DNA from: Squalus acanthias
Taxonomy: Eukaryota
NCBI GenBank assembly: GCA_030390025.1
Contig: JASTWF010000035.1
Span: 682,001-746,000, forward strand
Reading direction: 5' to 3'
DNA: 64,000 nucleotides
In this document: one piece after another, positions 33,325-42,904 of the stretch
How positions within the stretch are numbered: the stretch's first letter is position 1
How the letters are laid out: each line of letters begins with the position of its first letter
The notes under the pieces: generated by a model
Database searches by the model: none
Told to the model about the DNA's origin: nothing
The model's input: only the letters and a program-made list of their open reading frames with translations
Made by a program: the position numbers and the translations under genes

Positions 33325-33525
33325 AAACTGCGGATGCTGGAAATCTGAAATAACAGAAAATGCTGGAAACACTCAGCAGGTCAGGCAGCATCGAGGAGAG
33401 AGAAACGGAGTTAACGTTTCGAGTCGAACCGAATCTGTTGAAGGGTTCGACCCGAAACGTTGACTCTGTTTCTCTCTCCTCGATGCTGCCTGACCTGCTG
33501 AGTGTTTCCAGCATTTTCTGTTGTT
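33325..33525. mobile_element. Inverted pair of Penelope terminal fragments (79-bp arm palindrome)
   Basis: 33352-33430 is the near-perfect reverse complement of 33444-33522; matches the Penelope end at 8980-9035. Confidence 0.85.
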
Positions 33526-33793
33526 ATTTTTATAAAACTTTTAGTGTGCACTTGCTGCAGAGGGACGTGGGATTTAAGGTGATGGTCCCCTTCTCAGGAC
33601 TCTGCATGATCCCCATTTCTGTGACATTGCCCCTTTAACAAATCTAAACTTTCTTTGCAGTTCATAAACAATAGTTTGAGATCCAAAAAAAGTTTCCAAA
33701 CAAGTTACCAGTCAAACCGGTATGTCTGGAAAATATTCAAAGTACAATCAGTTGGACTCTGTACTCTGCCTCAGTTGAAATAATCCTGGCATC

Positions 33794-33971
33794 ATGGAGC
33801 TGTCTCTGCTCACCTCCCTGCTCATTTCACTCGCCTCTCACCCTGTTTGGCTCATCGTTTCAGTCGTCCTGTATCTCGTTGTCCGGTTGCAAAGGAGAAG
33901 ATGGTGGAGACCGAGAGAGTGTCCAGTGGATCTCACTGGGAAAACGGCCATTGTCACTGGAGCTAACACAG
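33794..33971 (+). CDS. Retinol dehydrogenase 11/12/13-like SDR, first coding exon
   Basis: N-terminal hydrophobic anchor then CPVDLTGKTAIVTGANT-G; donor ACAG|GTAAGA, phase 1. Confidence 0.9.
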
Positions 33972-33982
33972 GTAAGAGTCTG

Positions 33983-34215
33983 CAGCAGTTTGGCTCAGTC
34001 AGTAACACTCCCCCTCCCTCCGAATCAGAAGGTCACGGGCTCAAGCCCCACTCGAGAGCTTCAGCCCCATAATCCAGGCTGACCTTTCAGTGCAGTACGG
34101 AGGGAGTGCTGCACTGGCAGAGGTGCCGTCTTTCGGATGAGACGTTAAACCGATGCCCTGTCGCTGGTTCAGGTGGGTGTTAAAGATCCCATGACAATAT
34201 TGGATGAAGAGCAGG
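33983..34215 (+). mobile_element. Deu-domain SINE fragment
   Basis: TGGCTCAGT head; GAGGTGCCGTCTTTCGGATGAGACGTTAAACCG; homologous to 12140-12590. Confidence 0.8.
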
Positions 34216-34454
34216 GCCAACAATCTCCCCTCAATAAAAACCTTCAAATGCCTGGCATTAAACTCAACAGAACGTATCTCAGCGTTTGGAAACGAAAGCT
34301 GTGATGAAATTTCCCTTGTCTGTGCCTGCCCAGACCTGTGCAAAACTCAATCTGCTGGATCAGTTACTGGGCAACAAGTCTGAAGCATTCTCCAGGGTGC
34401 ACAGACTGGAAAATTCATTATAATACAAAATTCAAAAGCCTTTGGAATACTGAA

Positions 34455-34958
34455 AGTGCTATAGATGTAAAGGAGGAGGTTTACCAGGATGTTACCAGGG
34501 ATCAGGGACTTCAGTTATGAGGAGAGGTTGGAAAGGTTTGGACTGTTCTCCTTGGAACAGAGAAGGTCAAGAGGTGACCTGATTGAGGTTTTTCAAGATG
34601 TTGACAGTTTTTGAGAGAGTAAATAGAGAAAAACTATTCCCTCTGGCAAGTAGGTCAATAACCAGAGGTCCTAGATTCAACATCATTGGCAAAAGATCGA
34701 GAGGGAGATGAGGAGAAATGTTTTCACTCGGAGAGTTATTGGGATCTGGAACGCTCGACCTGAAAAGGTGGTGGAAGCTGATTCCATCAATAATTTTAAA
34801 GGGGAGTTGGACGGGTTCTTGAGGATGAGGAACTTACAGGGTTCCAGACAAAATGCGGGGTTGTGGGACTAAGCACGACGTCTCTTTCACAGAGCCAGCA
34901 CAGGCACGACGGGCCGAAGGGTTTCCTCCTGTGCTGTAAGTTTCAATGATTCTATGAT
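34455..34958 (+). mobile_element. Decayed CR1 3' fragment
   Basis: FTRMLPG..SYEERLERFGLFSLEQRR.RGDLIEVF motif series. Confidence 0.8.
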
Positions 34959-35085
34959 AAAGAAAGACTTACATAAGAACATAAGAAATAGGAGCAGGAG
35001 TCGGCCATTCGAACCCTCGAGCCTGCTCCGCCATTCAATGAGATCATGGCTGATCCGATTTTGCCCTCAACTCCACTTTCCTGTC

Positions 35086-36405
35086 CGAGGGATGTTGTAA
35101 GGAGAGAGGGAGGGGAGGATGTTGTAAAGAGAAAGAGAGGGAGGGATGTTGTAAAGGGAGAGAGAGAGGGAGGGATGTTGTAAAGAGAGACGGAGGGATG
35201 TTGTAAAGAGAGAGAGAGAGGGAGGGATGTTGTAAAGAGAGACGGAGGGATGTTGTAAAGAGAGAGAGAGAGGGAGGGATGTTGTAAAGAGAGACGGAGG
35301 GATGTTGTAAAGAGCGAGAGAGGGAGGGATGTTGTAAAGAGAGACGGAGGGATGTTGTAAAGAGAGAGAGAGGGAGGGATGTTGTAAAGGGAGAGAGAGA
35401 GGGAGGGATGTTGTAAAGGGAGAGAGAGAGGGAGGGATGTTGTAAAGAGAGACGGAGGGATGTTGTAAAGAGAGAGAGAGAGGGAGGGATGTTGTAAAGA
35501 GAGACGGAGGGATGTTGTAAAGAGAGAGAGAGGGAGGGATGTTGTAAAGGGAGAGAGAGAGGGAGGGATGTTGTAAGGAGAGAGGGAGGGGAGGATGTTG
35601 TAAAGAGAGAGAGGGAGGGATGTTGTAAGGAGAGAGGGAGGGATGTTGTAAAGGAGAGAGGGAGGGAGGGATGTTGTAAAGAGAGAGAGGGAGGGGAGGA
35701 TGTTGTAAACAGAGAGAGGGAGGGATGTTGTAAAGAGAGAGAGGGAGGGATGTTGTAAAGGAGAGAGAGGGGGAGGGATGTTGTAAAGGAGAGAGGGAGG
35801 GAGGGATGTTGTAAAGGAGAGAGAGGGGGAGGGATGTTGTAAAGGAGAGAGAGAGAGGGATGTTGTAAAGGAGAGAGAGAGAGGGATGTTGTAAAGGAGC
35901 GAGAGAGAGGGATGGTGTAAAGGAGAGAGAGGGGGAGGGATGTTGTAGAGAGAGAGAGAGAGGGATGTTGTAAAGGAGAGAGAGGGAGGGATGTTGTAAC
36001 GGAGAGAGGGAGGGATGTTGTAAAGGAGAGAGAGAGGGAGGGATGTTGTAGAGAGAGAGAGAGGGATGTAAAGGAGAGAGAGAGAGGGATGTTGTAAAGG
36101 AGAGAGAGAGAGGGATGTTGTAAAGGAGAGAGAGAGGGATGTTGTAAAGGAGAGAGAGAGGGATGTTGTAAAGGAAGAGAGGGATGTTGTAAAGGAGAGA
36201 GAGAGGGATGTTGTAAAGGAGAGAGAGAGAGAGAGGGATGTTGTAAAGGAGAGAGAGGGATGTTGTAAAGGAGAGAGAGAGAGGGATGTTGTAAAGGAGA
36301 GAGAGAGAGGGATGTTGTAAAGGAGAGAGGGAGGGATGTTCTAAAGGAGAGAGAGAGAGGGGGATGTTGTAAAGTAGAGAGAGAGAGGGGGATGTTGTAA
36401 AGGAG
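35086..36405. repeat. Purine-rich minisatellite, variable units GAGGGATGTTGTAAAG(GA)n
   Basis: Constant core GGGATGTTGTAAAG repeated across ~1.3 kb, between short CR1 3' ends. Confidence 0.95.
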
Positions 36406-36622
36406 GAGTCCCCCCTCATAGAATCATTAGTACAGCACAGGAGGCCATTCGGCCCATCGAGTCTGCGCCGGCTCTTTCGAAGAGCAATCCAGTCAGTCCC
36501 ACTCCCGCTCTTTCCCCATATCCCTGCAGTTTTTTCTCCTTCCAGTATTTAGCCAGTTCCCTAAAGGAAAAGCGTTGTGTTTTGGAGCTTCATTGCCGTG
36601 AGCCTTTTTCCTGTGTGCCCAG

Positions 36623-36862
36623 GGATCGGGAGGTACATCGCTCAGGACTTTGCCCAGAGAAATGCTCGTGTGATCCTGGCCTGCCGTAGTTTGCAGCGAG
36701 GACAGAGAGCGGAGCGAGAGATACGGCGCAGGACGGGGAACAGTAACGTTCACCTGCGCATTCTGGACACCAGCTCCATGGAATCGGTGAGGAACTTCAC
36801 GGAGCGGATTAAGAAGGAGGAGAAACGGCTGGATATCCTTGTAAATAACGCAGCCACTGCAG
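36623..36862 (+). CDS. RDH-like SDR, second coding exon
   Basis: Acceptor ttttcctgtgtgcccAG; joining completes TGANTGIG; ARVILACR, LDTSSMESVR, LDILVNNA; donor G|GTAATG, phase 1. Confidence 0.92.
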
Positions 36863-37082
36863 GTAATGTGCAACAGTGTAGAATAGGGTTTTAATAGGAT
36901 TGCTTATAAAAATACTTTATTGAAATAGAAGTAAATAAGGAACATTTTCAATGCAAAATAGATGAATGTAAAGAACATCATAACCTGTATTCCTATAGGT
37001 CGCCTCAGCTGTAGGGAGATCATTATGTTAAGGAGAATAATTAGTTAATATCGTGTGACACGGCCACATCAAATCAACATTT

Positions 37083-37366
37083 TGTTGAGGCTGCCGCGAA
37101 CCACGAATGGAGGCTGAATCCATATGTGGAAAACAAGAAACTTTTATTCACTGCATGGCACACAAAATGGCTGAGAAAGCTGCTCCCAGAATTCTCTGGA
37201 AAAACTCCCAGTATTCTCTGGAAAAACTCCCAGAATTCTCTGTGTAAAACCTGAGGCCCCGCCCCCTTCTGCCTTAAAGGTAAGGTGCCTGAAAGGGGAA
37301 GGTGCTGGAAATTTGTCCACAGACGGAAGAGTGGATTATGCCCATTTTAGGTGGTGATCCGCCACA
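37083..37366 (-). repeat. Gypsy 3' LTR (284 bp, includes a 22-bp internal duplication)
   Basis: Near-identical to 42292-42553; PPT GGGGGGAGCTG adjacent on the minus strand. Confidence 0.95.
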
Positions 37367-37532
37367 CAGCTCCCCCCAGAATCCATTTAGGAGGTGTGGA
37401 CGAGACGGTGCGACGGTCTGATGGGCTGGCCAGAGCGGCTCTTGTAGGACGCCGGTGGATGTGGAACGGCCGGGCGTGGAGCAGCCGGGTGAACCGGCTT
37501 GAGGGCAGGTCGGCCGCGTGGAGGTGGACGAG

Positions 37533-40124
37533 CTACAGCGACCTTTCCCCGGGCTCCGAGTGTGCTGGCTTGAGTCGGTCCACCGACACTTTTTCGGTCC
37601 TGTCGCCCACTTGCAGGGTGAAAAATTTGTCCCCAGCCTGTAGCACCTTGTAGGGCCCATCGTACGGGGGTTGAAGGGGTCCGCGGTGGGCGTCGTGCCG
37701 GACGAAAACAAACCGTGCCTGGTGCAGGCTTAGTGGGACGTGTGAGGTGGATTCGCCATGTCGGGCAATGGGCACCGGGGCGAACTGCAGCGCCGGTGAT
37801 GCGAAGTCGTGGCGTTGCTGGTCGGCTGACCAGGGTGTCGTGGCGATGGGCAGGAACTCGCCGGGTACGCGCAGCGGCTGACCGTACACGAGCTCTGCTG
37901 CCGATGCGTGGAGGTCTTCTTTAACCGCGGTGCGCAGGCCGAGGAGGACCCACGGAAGTCGGTCGGTCCAGGCGCCGTCTTGGAGGCTGGCTCGAAGAGA
38001 TGCCTTAAAGGATCTGTGGAACCGCTCACACAGTCCGTTGGCTTGGGGGTGGTACGCTGTGGTGCGGTGGATGGTCACCCCAAGATTGCGTGCGACGGCG
38101 GTCCAGAGTTCAGAAGTAAATTGCGGACCTCTGTCCGACGTCATGTCGGAGGGGAAGCCGAACCGTGTGACCCAGGTGCTGACGAAGGCTCTGGCGATGT
38201 CGGCGGTGGTGGTAGAGGTCAGTGGAATTGCCTCAGGCCAGCGTGTGGTGCGGTCAACGATGGTCAGCAAGTGCGTGTGGCCTTGCGACGGCGGCAGGGG
38301 CCCGACGATGTCCACGTGGATGTGGTCGAATCTCCGCGAGGGGACGGTAAACTCCTCGAGGGGTGCTTTCGTGTGTTGCTGTACCTTGGCCTGTTGGCAG
38401 GATAGGCAGGAGTTGGCCCAAGTACGCACATCCTTGCGAAGGCCGCGCCAGACAAAGCGGTTGGCTACCAATTTGATGGATGCACGGGCGCCGGGGTGGG
38501 AGAGGTTGTGGAGAAGGCCGAATACCCGGCGGCGCCAGGATGCTGGGACGACGGGCCGAGGTTGACATAGGGATATGTCGCACTTGACCGTGACTGTGGT
38601 CGGGCCACAGGCGACGTCAGCCAGGCGTAGCCCTGGTAGGTTGGTGGGTGCGGAGAGCAGATCCGGGTCGGTGATCTGGTCTGCTGCGAGTTGAGCGTAG
38701 TCGACTGCTAGGTGTGCGGCGTGGATGGCGGGGCGGGAGAGGCAGTCGGCTACCACATTGTCTCGGCCGGAGACGTGTTGGATGTCCGTGGTGAACTCAG
38801 ACACTGCCGCGAGCTGGCGCTGCTGCCTGGCGGACCAGGGGTCGGTTGTCTTTGCCATTGCGAATGTCAGGGGCTTGTGGTCGACAAACGCAGTGAAGGG
38901 GTGGCCCTCAAGCAAAAACTGGAAATGGCGGACCGCCAGGAACAGCGCGAGGAGCTCGCGGTCGAAGGTGCTGTACTTGACCTCCGGGGGGCGTAGTTGG
39001 CGGCTGAAGAAGGCAAGTGGTTGCCAGGCGCCGTCGACCCACTGCTCATACACGGCGCCGACCGCGTGGTCGGAGGCGTCCGTGGTGAGCGCTACCCTGG
39101 CATTAGAACGTGGGTGCGCGAGCAGGGTGGCGTTGGCGAGCGCGGTCTTGGTGGAATCGAAGGCGGCGGACGCGTCTGCCGTCCATTCGACCGCCATCTT
39201 GCCGCTCCTGCCCCAGAGGGCTTCATACAGGGGCCTCATGAGGGACGCCGCTTTGGGGATGAAGCGGTTGTAAAAATTCACCATCCCGAGGAACTCCTGG
39301 AGGCCTTTGATGGTGGTGGGGCGGGGAAATTGTTGGACGGCCTGCACCTTGGTGGGCAGGGGAATGGCCCCAGCATGGTTGATGTGGTGGCCGAGGAAGT
39401 CGATCTTGTCCAGGCCGAACTGGCATTTGGCTGGGCTGAGGATGAGCCTGTGGTCGCTGAGGCGCCCGAACAGGATGCAAAGGTGTTCGAGGTGTTCCTG
39501 CTTGGAGGAACTGGCTACCAGGATGTCGTCCAGGTAGATGAACAGGAACTTCAGGTCCCGAAGGACCGAGTCCATGAGCCGTTGGAATGCCTGGGCCGCG
39601 ATTTTGAGGCCGAAGGGCATCCGCAGGAACTCGAACAGGCCGAAGGGGGTGATTACGGCCATCTTGGGGACATCCGCGGGGTGGACGAGGACTTGGTGGT
39701 AGCCGCGCACCAGGTCGACCTTGGAAAAGACTGAGCGGCCGGCCAGTCTAGCTGAGCAGTCCTGAATGTGCGGCACGGGGTACCGATCAGGGGTGGTGGC
39801 GTCATTGAGGCGGCGGTAATCCCCGCAGGGGCGCCAACCTCCGCCTGGTTTGGGGGCGATGTGGAGTGGGGAGGCCCAGGGACTGTTGGAGCGGCGGATG
39901 ATGCCGAGCTGTTCCATGGTGGCAAACTCGGTCCGCGCGATCTCCAGTTTGGCCGGGTCCAGCCTGCGGGCGTGGGCGTACACTGGGGGGCCTGTGGTGG
40001 GGATGAAGTGTTCCACCCCGCGTTTGGCGGCCTCCGTGGAGAAGGTCGGATTGGTAAGGGCCGGGAATTCGGCCAGGAGTGCCGAGTAGTCATCCGTGGC
40101 CCGGGCGTGGCACTGTGACGCCAT
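37533..40124 (-). CDS. pol: Gypsy Pol: RT, RNase H, integrase. Protease C-terminal remnant at ~40125-40325 is in another frame.
   Basis: SPWASP, GDYRRLN, DLVRGYHQ, MPFGL, YLDD; TTDAS, RELLA, FVDH; HHCC, DIVGP, SDRG, YHPQANGLCERF; GPY. Confidence 0.96.
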   Translation of the reverse strand: MASQCHARATDDYSALLAEFPALTNPTFSTEAAKRGVEHFIPTTGPPVYAHARRLDPAKLEIARTEFATMEQLGIIRRSNSPWASPLHIAPKPGGGWRPCGDYRRLNDATTPDRYPVPHIQDCSARLAGRSVFSKVDLVRGYHQVLVHPADVPKMAVITPFGLFEFLRMPFGLKIAAQAFQRLMDSVLRDLKFLFIYLDDILVASSSKQEHLEHLCILFGRLSDHRLILSPAKCQFGLDKIDFLGHHINHAGAIPLPTKVQAVQQFPRPTTIKGLQEFLGMVNFYNRFIPKAASLMRPLYEALWGRSGKMAVEWTADASAAFDSTKTALANATLLAHPRSNARVALTTDASDHAVGAVYEQWVDGAWQPLAFFSRQLRPPEVKYSTFDRELLALFLAVRHFQFLLEGHPFTAFVDHKPLTFAMAKTTDPWSARQQRQLAAVSEFTTDIQHVSGRDNVVADCLSRPAIHAAHLAVDYAQLAADQITDPDLLSAPTNLPGLRLADVACGPTTVTVKCDISLCQPRPVVPASWRRRVFGLLHNLSHPGARASIKLVANRFVWRGLRKDVRTWANSCLSCQQAKVQQHTKAPLEEFTVPSRRFDHIHVDIVGPLPPSQGHTHLLTIVDRTTRWPEAIPLTSTTTADIARAFVSTWVTRFGFPSDMTSDRGPQFTSELWTAVARNLGVTIHRTTAYHPQANGLCERFHRSFKASLRASLQDGAWTDRLPWVLLGLRTAVKEDLHASAAELVYGQPLRVPGEFLPIATTPWSADQQRHDFASPALQFAPVPIARHGESTSHVPLSLHQARFVFVRHDAHRGPLQPPYDGPYKVLQAGDKFFTLQVGDRTEKVSVDRLKPAHSEPGERSL

Positions 40125-40325
40125 GTCGGCGGGGGGCCATGGCGCCCAGGATGGGGGATATGGTGTTCATGTCCATGAGGCGGTGACGAGGGATGTCTAC
40201 CAGTAGGCCGTGGGCGCACAGGAAATCTGCGCCGATGAGGGGGGAGAGCACCTTGGCAGTGATGAACTCCCATCGGTACTGGTGACCAGCGAGGTCGAGG
40301 GTGACTGTCCGGGTGCCATACGTCC

Positions 40326-40356
40326 GGGTTAGGGTTAGGGTTAGGGTTAGGGTTAG
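40326..40356 (+). repeat. Interstitial telomeric repeat (TTAGGG)~5, also at 45391-45421 and 49125-49155
   Basis: GGGTTAGGGTTAGGGTTAGGGTTAGGGTTAG at the Gypsy/CR1 junction. Confidence 0.95.
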
Positions 40357-42025
40357 ATAACTAATCCTCCACCCATGCCAGAATATTACCCCCAATCCAT
40401 TGATTTTTTATCTTGAGTAATAATCTTTTATGTGGCACCTTGTCGAATGCCTTCTGGAAGTCTAAATACACTACATCCACTGGTTCCCCTTTATCCACCC
40501 TGTACGTTATGTCCTCAAAGAACTCGAGCAAATTTGTCAGACATGACTGCCCCTTCATAAAGCTATGCTGACTTTGTCCTATTAAATTATGTTTATCTAA
40601 ATGTTCCGTTACTGTTTCCTTAATAATAGACTCCAAAATTTTACCCACCACAGATGTTAGGCTAACTGGTCTATAATTTCCAGCCTTCTGCCGACAACCC
40701 TTTTTAAATAAGGGTGTTACATTAGCAGTTTTCCAATTTGCCGGGATCTTTGCTGAGTTCAGGGAGTTTTGGAAAATTATTACCAAAGCATCCACAATTC
40801 CTGCTGCCACTTCCCTCAAGACCCTAGGATGTAAGCCATCAGGTCCAGGGGATTTATCTGCCTTGAGTCCCATTATTTTACTGAGTACCAATTCCTTAGT
40901 GATTTTAATCGTATTTAGCTCCTCCCCCACTAGAGCCCCCTGTTTGTCCAGTGTTGGGATATTCTTAGTGTCCTCTACCGTAAAGACTGAAACAAAATAT
41001 TTGTTAAGCATTTTTGCCATCTCCATGTTTCCCACCATTAATTTCCCGGTCTCATCCTCTAAGGGACCTACGGTTGCCTTAACCACCCTTTTTCTTTTTA
41101 TATAACTATAGAAACTCTTGCAATCTGTTTTTATATTTTTTGCTAATTTATTTTCATAGTCTATTTTCCCTTTCTTAATCAATACTTTAGTTACTTTTTG
41201 TTGTCTTTTGAAGACTTCCCAATCTTCTATCCTCCCACTAACTTTGGCTACCTTATATGTCCTTGCTTTTAGTTGGATACTTTCTTTAATTTCTTTACTT
41301 AGCCATGGATGGCTGTCATTTCTTTTACACCCTTTTTTCCTCAGTGGAATATATTTATTTTGAAAGTTGTAAAATAACTCCTTGAATGTACACCACTGCT
41401 CATGTACCGTCTTACCCTTTAATCTATTTTCCCAGTCCGCTTTCATCAATTCTGCTCTCATGCCATCATAGTCTCCTTTATTCAAGCTCAGTATGCTTGT
41501 TTGAGAACCAACCTTCTCACCCTCTAATTGGATATGGAATTCAACCATGTTATGGTCACTCATTCCAAGGGGATCCTTAACTAGGACATTATTAATTAAT
41601 CCAGACTCATTACACAGTACCAGGTCCAAGGTTGCTTGCCCCCTTGTAGGATCAGTTACATACTGCTCAAGAAATCCATCCCTAAGACACTCAATAAACT
41701 CTTCCGCAAGGCTGCCCTGCCCAATTTGATTTGTCCGGTTAATATGATAGTTAAAATCCCCCATAATTATAGCTGTTCCCTTATTACATGCCCCAACTAT
41801 TTCCTGATTAATACTTCTTCCAACAGAGTTGCAACTATTAGGAGACCTATATACTACGCCCACCAGTGTTTTTTTCCCCTTATTATTCCTTATCTCTACC
41901 CAAACTGTTTCATTATCCTAATCTTTTGACCCAATATCATTTCTCTGTATTACAGTGATTCCTTCCTTTATTAACATAGCCACCCCCACCTCCCCTTCCC
42001 CTTCCTTCCTGCCTGTCCTTCCTGA
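40352..42025 (-). mobile_element. Internal CR1 ORF2 fragment (EN C-terminal part to mid-RT) inside the Gypsy element; copies at ~45417-47090 and ~49151-50828
   Basis: 500-aa frame: GDFN, SDHN, KSPGPDG, NYRPVSLT, DFQKAFD; no 3' tail and no FADD. Confidence 0.93.
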
Positions 42026-42251
42026 TTGTCCTGAGGTGTGCGTACTTGCCTTCCTCTGGTGGGTTCTGCAGCGTTGTCCAAACCTTGGAAACTGTGGCGC
42101 TGCTGAGTAATGTGACGAGATAGTCGTACTTCGTCCCATCTGTGGTGATATTTCGCAGCCGGAAGCGAGATTCAGCTTGGAGAAACCAGGCTTCGGGCTG
42201 GTTTTCCCAAAACTCCGGCAGTTTCACGGAAACTGCGTTCGTGTCCGCCAT
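42026..42251 (-). pseudogene. gag: Gypsy gag N-terminal remnant
   Basis: MADTNAVSVKLPEFW..PEAWFLQAESRF..ITTD.TKY just downstream of the PBS. Confidence 0.85.
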
Positions 42252-42276
42252 TGCAGTGCTCGGAATACGTTCTGAG

Positions 42277-42290
42277 CGTCGGGGTCACCA
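42277..42290 (-). other. Primer-binding site complementary to tRNA-Trp
   Basis: TGGTGACCCCGACG one base inside the 5' LTR. Confidence 0.88.
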
Positions 42291-42291
42291 A

Positions 42292-42553
42292 TGTTGAGGC
42301 TGCCGCGAAACACGAATGGAGGCTGAATCCATATGTGAAAAACAAGAAACTTTTATTCACTGCATGGCACACAAAATGGCTGAGAAAGCTGCTCCCAGAA
42401 TTCTCTGGAAAAACTCCCAGAATTCTCTGGGTAAAACCTGAGGCCCCGCCCCCTTCTGCCTTAAAGGTAAAGTGCCTTAAAGGGGAAGGTGCTGGAAATT
42501 TGTCCACAGACGGAAGAGTGGATTATGCCCGTTTTAGGTGGCGATCCGCCACA
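42292..42553 (-). repeat. Gypsy 5' LTR (262 bp); duplicated at 47357-47618 and 51095-51356
   Basis: TG..CA ends and identical flanks in all three copies. Confidence 0.95.
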
Positions 42554-42904
42554 ATTTAAACATTTTTAACAATCTATTCTCAGTACCAGAACAGGTTGGA
42601 AAACATTCTACTGATAATCTCTGCAATAATTTCTGGAATGCACTGCCTGACAGGGCGGTGGAAGCAGATTCAATAGTTGTAATCTATGTGGGTCCAACAA
42701 ATGACGGGCAGAGACACGATGAGTGGCAGTCAAGGTGCTTGTTTACTCGGCCAGAGCGGACTGAGCATGCTCACACTAAACCACGTGACAAATCATGTGA
42801 CAATATATCACACTGTTAATACCAGGTTTGCAGAGCATTCCTGATCTCCTTACAGAAGGTTTTGGCATTTTCCGAGTCTCTCATTATAACTATCTCCGTT
42901 CATC

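Larger units (their letters stand above)
37083..42553 (-). mobile_element. Ty3/Gypsy LTR retrotransposon with both LTRs; most of gag and the protease N-terminus replaced
   Basis: LTRs 37083-37366 and 42292-42553 (TG..CA); TSD ATTT (37079-37082, 42554-42557); PBS, PPT and pol. Confidence 0.95.

Noticed and set aside
35067..36419. 450-aa minus-strand ORF
   Set aside because: Translation of a low-complexity minisatellite.
37715..40273. Many overlapping antisense or alternate-frame ORFs over Gypsy pol
   Set aside because: Expected from GC-rich coding sequence; no recognisable motifs.
40326..40356. Chromosome end or telomere fusion site
   Set aside because: Only ~5 units in one orientation, inside an element whose TSDs match on both sides.
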